Notes under the pieces: generated by a model
Databases searched by the model: none
Told to the model about the DNA's origin: nothing
The model's input: only the letters and a program-made list of their open reading frames with translations
Assembly (NCBI RefSeq): GCF_014349235.1
Contig: NZ_JACSOH010000004.1
Coordinates: 69,307 to 133,306, forward strand
From: Cytophaga sp. FL35
GTDB taxonomy: Bacteria > Bacteroidota > Bacteroidia > Flavobacteriales > Flavobacteriaceae
Direction: 5' to 3'
Length of the DNA stretch: 64,000 nt
Translations under genes and position numbers: made by a program
In this document: one piece after another, positions 50,401-58,077 of the stretch
Layout: each line of letters starts with the position of its first letter
How positions within the stretch are numbered: position 1 is the stretch's first letter

Positions 50401-50719
50401 TGGTGGATTCGTATTAACAACTGATTTTGGTTTTAAAACTGCCGAAATCATTGATGAATACTTCTTCTTAAAAGCTGCTATTGAAATTAAGGCAGGTACT
50501 AAAACAGTTTACCCCTTTAAAGGGAAAAATTATCAAATAGGCAGTTATCTCTATTTAGGTAAAACGAATTTTGTAGTCGATGGTTATATTGATACTTGGC
50601 TAACAGGAAGGGAAGATTTCAATTTCAAGTACTTAATTTATGATTCTCAATGGGAAAGCGATCAAAGACTAATTATCGACTTGAAAGCACAAGACATTTA
50701 TTTAGAAACAGGTAATTAA
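47483..50719 (+). CDS. 1078-aa secreted protein with fibronectin-type-III-like domains, an acidic low-complexity linker and a compositionally foreign (AT-rich) C-terminal domain
   Basis: Signal peptide. FN3-like motifs (YAWRVQAKA, YEYQLSKKC...DWS). D/E/S/T/N-rich linker at about 49040-49340. GC drops to about 28% from about 49340 to the stop. Confidence 0.6.
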   Translation: MIFKTIKHIIQTLQNRIQQTAKLSAAHCLLQSAICLLFLTFNYTIATAQSFPVQVIPQVTPPPPIYFSEYANESTVNSPLRVQLILNDFEIVNREVRLRVSFEGSGISFQSKDLVTGASPLFLEGGVPLVLTNVELAPYFRYENLNGISGNVYGNAIPEGAYNFCFEVFDVLTGSRLSQKSCAISVVFQNEPPFLVSPRNKTNVEEINPQNIVFQWTPRHVNVSNVEYELSIVEIWDTQVDPQQAFLSSPPVFQTVTNATTYVYGPADPLFLSGKNYAWRVQAKAKQGLEEVGLFENQGYSEIYSFSYAGSCDLPLGINHEVKGSTNANIFWDDFSTDVPEYTLRYRQKNVEGAEWFPAKTTSNILTLWNLKPGTTYEYQLSKKCNTVYSDWSLLKEFTTTLEFEEESVLDCGIAPNISVTNKDPLPNMASGSIFKAGDFPVTVMEVSGSNGRFTGKGFVKMPYLENLKVYVEFTNILVNTDQEMAEGSVRTAYDPTWRNILNTADLAQRAGEFVDAVGDLGESVDDILEDVFNTDDEDEENAPPVDPEMEEGETVPPSTETSGENETDTNTSDASNDADNEESSSGSTSNDSNGSTPNTGGSTGDNSSDNPNPDTNEEDEQEVVIVYNGSEYRNGDILEIKYSNNSSKHLFTLANHAKDCKIDWSTHADMNELAATSFAGSGHQIELNLNNKEYLTLQAEYWTPSDSYPEGESQKIRIVIKILREQFDLKELYAKHSKRRIAKSGQTLYLLDDTGLSESSKFKKVEFGVKIDPKLKESEIHDLNLGWYYGSNKSVSKDEASLNISRNIRLKEGFDNTTVKAGYPKAKEKDINVKWEDQYDVSTDYLTKFSKILTFLEQFNRISSKFKSVLPCEASILNDFNALVGAKKIAFKLRTYNEEDDESRELYDVLQTNLKLQSSSLADLQCGKDLGYLGVSLGKFYGGMSLGANINFRYSLKTKNETLERKTVPEISGGFVLTTDFGFKTAEIIDEYFFLKAAIEIKAGTKTVYPFKGKNYQIGSYLYLGKTNFVVDGYIDTWLTGREDFNFKYLIYDSQWESDQRLIIDLKAQDIYLETGN

Positions 50720-51165
50720 TGCTATATAAAATTTTCAACAGATTATTTCAATTTTTCTTATTTACCATTCTATTCGTTCTATTCATTAGCAGTATAAGAG
50801 TAGTACTTAACAATATAAAATATTTTGGAATTATTAAATCTGGGAAAATAATAGATATAGATTATACCAGAGGTTCCAAATCGACTGATGAGAGAGGCAC
50901 CTATATGAATACGATATTAACGGAGGGTAATAAAGATACGGTTTATGGAGGAAGTCAGAATCAATATAAAAGGGGAGACAAAATAAAATTTCGCTTTCGA
51001 GGAATAGGAGGAAATATAATATTTGAAGTAAACGGATTGAAAGTACGCTCCAAATATGATACTTGGGATTATCTTTCTCCTATTATTCTACTTTTTTCAT
51101 CATTTATGATTTACAAAATATTAACTCATTGGTTTATACCATTTTTAAATAAAATCAGAAAATGA
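50719..51165 (+). CDS. 148-aa two-TM membrane protein, AT-rich, translationally coupled (TAATG) to the preceding gene. Candidate immunity or accessory protein.
   Basis: N- and C-terminal hydrophobic helices. About 25% GC. Overlapping stop/start on both sides. Confidence 0.45.
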   Translation: MLYKIFNRLFQFFLFTILFVLFISSIRVVLNNIKYFGIIKSGKIIDIDYTRGSKSTDERGTYMNTILTEGNKDTVYGGSQNQYKRGDKIKFRFRGIGGNIIFEVNGLKVRSKYDTWDYLSPIILLFSSFMIYKILTHWFIPFLNKIRK

Positions 51166-52439
51166 GTAAAATAATTTTTTTATCAATCTTTTTCATTTTT
51201 TACGGACTGTATTCACAATCACAGAATATTGATGGCATATGTTCAGAAGCTGATTTATTCGGGATTCCTGTGGATAATAACCAAATTACATATCATAAAT
51301 ATGCGCCAGTTCTACAACTAAAAAAGAGGTACGCTTCATTTGAAGAAGTTAAAAATCGAACACCCGAAGAATTACTAATTTCTCAAATGTCAGTACAAAA
51401 TAATAAATGGCTAGCTTATAATTTTGAAAATGATATCAAATGGAAAGAAGAGCAATTTAAAAGAATCACATCTCAAGACCCCGAGAAAAATTACATCGAA
51501 TTAATCCGAAAAATAACATACCAAATAAACGGTACAAATTATTCCATTTTAAGGTTGAAAATTTATGATGACAGAAAAAGTAAACCCGCCACTTTAAGCC
51601 TAATGGCAAGTTGTAATAAAGGGAAATGGGCCTTCGTTAAAAATAAGACACGATCTCCGTTAGAATTTTTAATGTCCAACTTAAACCTCCAATATCTTGA
51701 TAAGACCTTAGAAAATGAAGATTCGGATAATTCAAGGTTCAATGAATTAATAAAATCTTCATGGAGGTCGAACCGATTAAGTCCTACGAATATCTATAGA
51801 ATAATCGGTGATAACATGCTGGTTAACGACGGTACTCTTGATAAGGTTTATGAAAGAGCCAACCCTTCCTCTCAACAAACAGAATTTCAAGAATACCATG
51901 AAAATTTTGTATTCACTAAAAACACAATAAACGTAAACTATCTTATCCCCCTAACTGATCAAGAATTCTGTTACTATTTTCCAAATCAACTATCACAATT
52001 TGATTCGAAAAGTATAGCTCAGCTTATTGAATACTTAGAAAACGAAAACATAAACCAAGAGGGTAAAAAACCAACTATTTTCCCTATTCATAAATTTAGA
52101 TACCGACAGGACAATAAAGTGTTTGTAATTGTCAAATATTCCATTAGGCTTGAGAACGAAGAAGCCAAAATAAAAACAGAGGTATTTGATTATAATAGAG
52201 GTAGATACAAAGTACAGAATGAGATAAATCCAGTAAATAGTAATTTAAAATATTTGCTGAATGTTGCTAAATCAGATTTTATAATACAAATATCAAATGG
52301 TGAAAACAATGCAGATTACCCCGAAGTAAATGCTTTAAAACCCGAAACTAAGGACGCCAATGAAATTCTTAACCTGAAGGAACTCATACAAGTAATTACC
52401 AATAATAGTTCAAGTTTGGAAAAGTATTTAAACAATTAA
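51162..52439 (+). CDS. 425-aa secreted protein of unknown function, AT-rich, coupled (ATGA) to the preceding ORF
   Basis: Signal peptide MSKIIFLSIFFIFYGLYSQ. No recognisable domain. Same low-GC block. Confidence 0.45.
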   Translation: MSKIIFLSIFFIFYGLYSQSQNIDGICSEADLFGIPVDNNQITYHKYAPVLQLKKRYASFEEVKNRTPEELLISQMSVQNNKWLAYNFENDIKWKEEQFKRITSQDPEKNYIELIRKITYQINGTNYSILRLKIYDDRKSKPATLSLMASCNKGKWAFVKNKTRSPLEFLMSNLNLQYLDKTLENEDSDNSRFNELIKSSWRSNRLSPTNIYRIIGDNMLVNDGTLDKVYERANPSSQQTEFQEYHENFVFTKNTINVNYLIPLTDQEFCYYFPNQLSQFDSKSIAQLIEYLENENINQEGKKPTIFPIHKFRYRQDNKVFVIVKYSIRLENEEAKIKTEVFDYNRGRYKVQNEINPVNSNLKYLLNVAKSDFIIQISNGENNADYPEVNALKPETKDANEILNLKELIQVITNNSSSLEKYLNN

Positions 52440-52540
52440 CATTTAAATTCTTGTTTCCCCGCTAGCGCGGGCGTCACGCTCGTGCCAGCGGCAGCAAAAA
52501 GTAAAGGCAAGGATAATTATAATGAGCATTAAATAATTAC

Positions 52541-52646
52541 AAAACACCCCTGTAAAAACCGGTTTGGTTTTTACTGTCCCCTGTAGGGGACAATAACACG
52601 TAACAATTCCCCCTTAGAAGGGGGGGCCGCCGCCGCAGGGCGGGGG
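52541..52646. repeat. GC-rich structured repeat, copy A: aaaacacccctg + hairpin 1 (aaaaacc/ggttttt) + hairpin 2 (gtcccc-tgta-ggggac) + hairpin 3 (ccccc-ttagaa-ggggg) + cgcagggcggggg
   Basis: Shares an ordered set of motifs with 53154..53248. 60-70% GC in a roughly 40% GC genome. Confidence 0.55.
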
Positions 52647-52730
52647 ATGTATTCACCCCTGAATGAGGTGACGTTGTGCCAACATCGGGCGAGCAGAAGC
52701 GATGGTGGGGGTGTTAATGATGTAAGTACC

Positions 52731-52765
52731 AAAACACCCTTAAAGTCCCCTTTAGGAGACAATTA
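52731..52765. repeat. partial degenerate third copy of the same repeat (aaaacaccc...gtcccct-ttag-gagac-aat), abutting the DUF559 start
   Basis: Matches the leader + hairpin-2 portion of copies A and B with two substitutions. Confidence 0.35.
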
Positions 52766-52772
52766 AAAAGTA

Positions 52773-53147
52773 ATGAAAAACAGAATAATACCATATAACC
52801 CAAAATTGAAGGAACTGGCAAGGCAGCTACGCCAAAACAGCACCTTGGCAGAGGTATTATTATGGCAAAAAATAAAGAACAGGGCCTATGGGGTGCAGTT
52901 CTATAGGCAAGTGCCCATATTGGAATATATAGTGAACTTTTATTGTCATGAACTCATGTTTGCCATCGAGGTAGACGGTAACAGTCATGATCACAAATAT
53001 GAATATGATGCCGATAGACAGGCCAAACTAGAGGAGCAAGGCGTAAAATTTTTAAGGTTGGGAGACCATGAAGTAAAAAAAGAAATGTTCAGCGTACTGT
53101 TAAAAATTGAAGAAACCATAAATCAATTAAAGAACGTTAGGAATTGA
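52773..53147 (+). CDS. DUF559 (Vsr/restriction-endonuclease-like) domain protein
   Basis: 124 aa. Pattern L...QN.T.AE..LW..I...G.QF.RQ.PI..YIV.FYC.EL..AIEVDG..H ... QG.KFLR matches the DUF559 endonuclease-domain family. Confidence 0.8.
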   Translation: MKNRIIPYNPKLKELARQLRQNSTLAEVLLWQKIKNRAYGVQFYRQVPILEYIVNFYCHELMFAIEVDGNSHDHKYEYDADRQAKLEEQGVKFLRLGDHEVKKEMFSVLLKIEETINQLKNVRN

Positions 53148-53153
53148 TACTAT

Positions 53154-53248
53154 AAAAACACCCCTGTTTTGGCTTTTCCAAAACTGTCCCCTCAAGGGGA
53201 CAATTAATATTCCCCCTTTGAAGGGGGTGCTCGCAGGGCGGGGGGGGG
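53154..53248. repeat. GC-rich structured repeat, copy B: aaaaacacccctg + hairpin 1 (ttttgg/ccaaaa) + hairpin 2 (gtcccc-tcaa-ggggac) + hairpin 3 (ccccc-tttgaa-ggggg) + cgcagggcggggggggg
   Basis: Same element order as copy A. The hairpin-1 stem is fully base-swapped but still pairs. Ends 18 nt before the 1603-aa gene. Confidence 0.55.
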
Positions 53249-53265
53249 TGTAAAAAATAAAATAG

Positions 53266-56200
53266 ATGAAAAACAACTACCCACATATTTTACTTTTCAT
53301 TCTATGCAGCCTGTTTTGCAGTTGCTTCACATTTGCTTATGAAGGCCCCATAAGCCTAGCTGATAGCACTCTTGTAAAAACAACAGATTCTGTTCTTACC
53401 AAAGAAACCCTGCCACAATCTGCCGAGGCCTTTGATCCCATGGCCCATTGGGCAAAAGAAAAAAACAAAAAAGTGACGGTTGCAGACGCTACTACTGCTG
53501 GGTATAGAAGTTTTCCAGAACTCGACTCCTATACCAACAATCTTTACCTGCCTCCGAGCAACGGTTTGGCTGAGTTTACACCAGAATATGTGCAAAACCT
53601 GTTTAAGATAGATAATAATACGCAAGAGCTTTTAAACGCCGGTAAAGAGGTATTTGATATTATCGATAGGGAAAAGCGTTTTATCAATATCATTGGGGGC
53701 CAAGAAATTATAGAACTGCCCGTAGGTATTACGCAACCTATTTCCGAGCACTCCTTTATCTCCTTGGGCATCGTAAGTATGGAATATCATACCAACTACA
53801 CTGTGGTTGATCTGTTCGCCAAGATAAAACTGGCAGAATTAGGAGGTGAAGAACTCTTTTTTGCCGCCAATAACGTTAAAATTTCCCGTGAAGGCGGTAT
53901 TTATGATGAAGCCACTTTAAGTCTTTTAGGCGATTTTCCTATAAGCATGAACGGTGGACAGTGGTTGGTCACCCTCAAAGGGGGAAAGGGAGAACGTGGC
54001 AAAGGAGACGGACAAACCTATGTGACCATCAACTGCGAGGGCAAGGTAAAAGAACTGGCTTTTAACGCAGATGTGCGGGTAGCCAAAACCGTGGCCGTTC
54101 CCTTAAATGAAGACGGTTCGTTAAAATTTCCGGCAAAGACGGAACCGGGCACCGGAGAAAACCCTGTTGGTAACGATAGCTACGTGGGGGCTAATATTAA
54201 ACTGCAAACGGCCACATTAGAGGATATGCTCTTTGAGTTAGACCTACCTTTCTTTGAACTTAAAGCGTTACCTCGTTGGGGCTTTAAAATGGAAAAAACG
54301 GTTCTGGACCTAAGTGACACCAAAAACGCCGAGGGAATGCTATTTCCTGATATTTACCGTACTCAAGGTTTGCTACAGGGAAATGAAAACCTATGGCGGG
54401 GCTTTCACTCCAAGGAAGTGCGGGTCATGTTGCCCCCTGAGTTTAAAAAGAAAGGTTCCGATAAACGTATCTTCGTTGGGGCGCAAAATCTGTTTATAGA
54501 CAATTTTGGGGTCTCAGGAGACTTTTATGCCACCAATGTTTTGGACATTAATGAGGGAGATGCCAGTAAATGGCAGATTTCTGTAGACTCTATTGGCGTT
54601 GATTTAAAGGTAAATAGATTTATTAAGGCTGGCTTTAACGGGGATATTGTACTGCCCATTAGCGATCAAAAATCTACGGGTGGCACATTGGCGTATAAAG
54701 GATTGATTACCGCAGATCAATATTACTCCGTTAACGTTGAGGCTACTGACGATGTAAGTTTTGATGTTTTTAAGGCTCAGGCAAAAATCTACAAGGGATC
54801 TTATGTAAAATTAGAAGTAGAAAACGATCGCTTCTACCCAGAGGCCAATCTTACCGGGCAAATGGCCTTTAGTGCACAACAAAAAAATCAATTAAACGAA
54901 GCTGAAGGCGATGATGGTGTAGAATTGGAATTTGACGGACTTTCGTTTGAGAATTTTAAAATACAGACTCGTGAGCGACCTTATCTTTCCATTGGCCGTG
55001 CCGGTTTCAAAGATGATATTAAACTGCCCAAACTCGCAGGTTTTGAATTGGGCTTCTACGATGTAGAAATTACCTCCGATGAGAACGACAACGCCACCCT
55101 GGCACTTAATTGTTATGTAAACCTAGACGATTCCGGTATTCATGGCGATGTTGGCTTAGAAATCAATGGGGCCTTGGAACAGGGTGATTTATTAAAATGG
55201 CGCTACCAAGGAATAGAGGTTACCGATATTGAGATTGATGTAAAACGAAAGTCCTTTGAGTTTTACGGAAAAGCATCCTTTTTTAAGGACAATCCTATTT
55301 ATGGCAAAGGCTTTTCTGGGGAATTGCAGTTATATGCCGAAGATTTGGGCATAGAAGTAGGGGCCAGAGGTCTTTTTGGGGCCGTAGATGGATACCGTTA
55401 TTGGTTCGTTGATGGTCATGGGCGACCGACAAAAAATAACAATACGAATTTCACCATTTTCGACATTGGCGGCGGTGTTTACCACCACATGCGAAAAGCA
55501 GGCATGGATGAAACTGCTACCTCCCTATCCGGAATCAAGTACCAACCGGACATCAATACTTCACTAGGTTTTAAGGCTTTGGCCGCTTTTGAAATAAAAA
55601 GTGGGGCGGCCTTTACGGCCTTGGCAGGTATAGAAATCGCTTTTAACAGCCAAGCGGCTGGTGGCGGTGTTAGTAGATTAGGCTTCTACGGTGCTGCCAT
55701 GTTAATTCAGGGCAAAAGTGGTGGTGGCAATCCGCAAACCCCATTCGGCACCGTGGATCAAATGCAGCAAACCGTTTCCGCAAAGGAACAGGCATTGGGC
55801 AATTTCCATGAGCTCTCCATTGATAAAGAGGGTCTTAAATATTTTGCCGATGAAGTATTTCCCGAATTGCTGACAGGAGAAGAACTATTTGCAGCGCAAG
55901 TAGCCATCGATTTTGATTTTAGAAATAGGGCCTACTGGGGGCTGCTAGATGTTTATCTAAATGCTGGAGCCATCAGGGGCGAAGGTGAAAAGAACCATTT
56001 AGGTAGATTGGAGTACTACAATTCGCCTGACGATTGGTACATTTATGTTGGTACCCCGACCCACCGTTTTGGACTTGCAGATATACCCATTGGTCCGTTC
56101 TTGGCGAGCATCAACATGTATTTTATGACGGGCACCATATTACCAGACCCCGCCCAGCCGCCACAGAATGTAATAGATATTCTGCATTTATCTGGCAATG

Positions 56201-58077
56201 AGTTAGAATTCGGAAGAAACTTTGACCAAGAACTGGCAAGAGGAACAGGCTATGCCTTTGGGGCCAAATTTCAGCTGGGTATGGGCTTTGACTGGGGCCT
56301 TGTCTATGCCAGTGTAAGTGCAGGGGCCGGTTTCGATTTAATGATGCGTGATTTTGGTGATGCACATTGTAAAGGAAAGGAAGGACCAATAGGAATGGAC
56401 GGGTGGTACTCCACCGGCCAAATGTATGCCTATCTACAGGGTGAAATAGGTGCCAGAATCAAAGTTTTTGGCATTAAAAAAGACATCCCCATTCTATCGG
56501 CTGGCATAGCCGTTTTAGCACAAGCTCAACTTCCAAACCCCTGGTTCATTAAAGGTTACGCCGGTGTTGATATCAAAGTTCTAGGACTGGTTAATATACA
56601 TACCCGATTGAAGGTTATTATAGGGGAAGAGTGCGAAATTATTGGAAAAACAGGTTTGCAAGATGTGGTTATGATTTCTGACATTACCCCAAGGGACGGG
56701 TTGACCGATGTGGATGTTTTCGATGCTGTACAAGTAGCATTTAATGCTCCAATTGGCGAGCCTATCTATATTGAGGAGGAAGGAGGCAAAAAAACCTATA
56801 GAATTAGCTTGGATGAACTTATCGTAAAAAATGCCAATGGAATTATCGAAGGTTCTCAAGAACTCAATGAAAATAGGGATCTACTAACATTCAACTCTTC
56901 AGAAGTTTTACCTCCGGAAGATGAAATCACTGTTATAGCAAAAGTTTCATTTGAAGAGAAATCAGGAGGAAATTGGATAGTTGTCACCGAAAACGGCTCT
57001 CCCGTTATTGAAGAAAAAACGGTAACCTTCACAACCGGTGATGCTCCTAGAAAAATCCCTATTAAAAACATAGAATACATGTACCCTATGGTTGAACAAC
57101 AATATATGTTGCCGAAGGAATTTTCGAAAGGGTTTGTACAATTATATAAAGGACAAGATTATTTATTTGGTAATGGCCTAAGTGATGAACTCTACTTTAT
57201 TGACCAAAACGGAACTAAAACAAAAGCCGATTTCAGTTACAACAAAGCTGATAAACGACTCAATTTCTCCATTCCCAGTTTGGATAAAAAAAGCTCCTAC
57301 ACCTATGCTCTGATTACCTTAAACCCAGGTGATATTGAAGAAAATCAAGTAATGACAGCGGTTGAGTTCAATCAGATTTCTGAAGACCTTGAAATATCAA
57401 ATAACACCATTGTAGGGAACGCTAGCAATGGTGCTTTTATAAGCAGACTAAATTTTAATTTCAACACAAGTGAGCACAATACCTTTAAACAAAAAATACA
57501 ATCGATTAAAGCGAACAAATATGTAAATCAAAGCTTATCCAATGCAGCGCAACTAGCGGTTTACACCAAAGACTATGAGCCTTTTGAGCTTGCTGAAATA
57601 GCACCTTCAAGGTTTAATGGAGGGGTCCCATTAATAATTGGCAATGCTCTCAATAACAATAGGTATTTTAAAAACGAGATTTATCCAACGATATATGAAA
57701 ACTATCCCTTGGACAACCGTTTTGAAGTTCAAAGAGACGCTGCAATATATGGTCTTCCACCAACTAGACCCATCTCCGTTTCGCAAGTTTATGTTACCTA
57801 TGCTCAAAATCAACCTGAAAACAGTTTTCTAAAACAACGTTTTCCTTTTTACTGGGATATTGCTCAAGTATACCGAGAAGATTTCTATCACTTGCAATAT
57901 GAAATTAGTAATTTCTATGATGACCCGGAAAACCCGAAAAGAAAAGATTTTGAATACATAATTTTTTCAAGATTTCCCTATATAAATAACGAGACCTACC
58001 AGGTAGAATTTAAATATCACCTTCCACATTCCAACAACGGCAATAAGGTGATATTTGATTACAAAAATGAATTTTAA
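53266..58077 (+). CDS. 1603-aa secreted protein of unknown function
   Basis: Signal peptide MKNNYPHILLFILCSLFCSCF. Single uninterrupted ORF. Its stop overlaps the next start (TAATG). Confidence 0.6.
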   Translation: MKNNYPHILLFILCSLFCSCFTFAYEGPISLADSTLVKTTDSVLTKETLPQSAEAFDPMAHWAKEKNKKVTVADATTAGYRSFPELDSYTNNLYLPPSNGLAEFTPEYVQNLFKIDNNTQELLNAGKEVFDIIDREKRFINIIGGQEIIELPVGITQPISEHSFISLGIVSMEYHTNYTVVDLFAKIKLAELGGEELFFAANNVKISREGGIYDEATLSLLGDFPISMNGGQWLVTLKGGKGERGKGDGQTYVTINCEGKVKELAFNADVRVAKTVAVPLNEDGSLKFPAKTEPGTGENPVGNDSYVGANIKLQTATLEDMLFELDLPFFELKALPRWGFKMEKTVLDLSDTKNAEGMLFPDIYRTQGLLQGNENLWRGFHSKEVRVMLPPEFKKKGSDKRIFVGAQNLFIDNFGVSGDFYATNVLDINEGDASKWQISVDSIGVDLKVNRFIKAGFNGDIVLPISDQKSTGGTLAYKGLITADQYYSVNVEATDDVSFDVFKAQAKIYKGSYVKLEVENDRFYPEANLTGQMAFSAQQKNQLNEAEGDDGVELEFDGLSFENFKIQTRERPYLSIGRAGFKDDIKLPKLAGFELGFYDVEITSDENDNATLALNCYVNLDDSGIHGDVGLEINGALEQGDLLKWRYQGIEVTDIEIDVKRKSFEFYGKASFFKDNPIYGKGFSGELQLYAEDLGIEVGARGLFGAVDGYRYWFVDGHGRPTKNNNTNFTIFDIGGGVYHHMRKAGMDETATSLSGIKYQPDINTSLGFKALAAFEIKSGAAFTALAGIEIAFNSQAAGGGVSRLGFYGAAMLIQGKSGGGNPQTPFGTVDQMQQTVSAKEQALGNFHELSIDKEGLKYFADEVFPELLTGEELFAAQVAIDFDFRNRAYWGLLDVYLNAGAIRGEGEKNHLGRLEYYNSPDDWYIYVGTPTHRFGLADIPIGPFLASINMYFMTGTILPDPAQPPQNVIDILHLSGNELEFGRNFDQELARGTGYAFGAKFQLGMGFDWGLVYASVSAGAGFDLMMRDFGDAHCKGKEGPIGMDGWYSTGQMYAYLQGEIGARIKVFGIKKDIPILSAGIAVLAQAQLPNPWFIKGYAGVDIKVLGLVNIHTRLKVIIGEECEIIGKTGLQDVVMISDITPRDGLTDVDVFDAVQVAFNAPIGEPIYIEEEGGKKTYRISLDELIVKNANGIIEGSQELNENRDLLTFNSSEVLPPEDEITVIAKVSFEEKSGGNWIVVTENGSPVIEEKTVTFTTGDAPRKIPIKNIEYMYPMVEQQYMLPKEFSKGFVQLYKGQDYLFGNGLSDELYFIDQNGTKTKADFSYNKADKRLNFSIPSLDKKSSYTYALITLNPGDIEENQVMTAVEFNQISEDLEISNNTIVGNASNGAFISRLNFNFNTSEHNTFKQKIQSIKANKYVNQSLSNAAQLAVYTKDYEPFELAEIAPSRFNGGVPLIIGNALNNNRYFKNEIYPTIYENYPLDNRFEVQRDAAIYGLPPTRPISVSQVYVTYAQNQPENSFLKQRFPFYWDIAQVYREDFYHLQYEISNFYDDPENPKRKDFEYIIFSRFPYINNETYQVEFKYHLPHSNNGNKVIFDYKNEF

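Noticed and set aside
52571-52762. 63-aa minus-strand track ORF (MSPKGDFKGVLVLTSLTPPPSLLL...) between the 425-aa gene and DUF559
   Set aside because: It lies wholly within the GC-rich hairpin-repeat DNA. The Pro/Ala/Gly-rich translation is what GC-rich palindromes produce. There is no gene-like context.
52440-52772. tRNA, other ncRNA gene or CRISPR array in the GC-rich region
   Set aside because: No cloverleaf-compatible acceptor/T-arm arrangement and no CCA context. The repeats are not identical or evenly spaced, and they bracket a protein gene, so this is not CRISPR. Treated as a structured repeat family instead.
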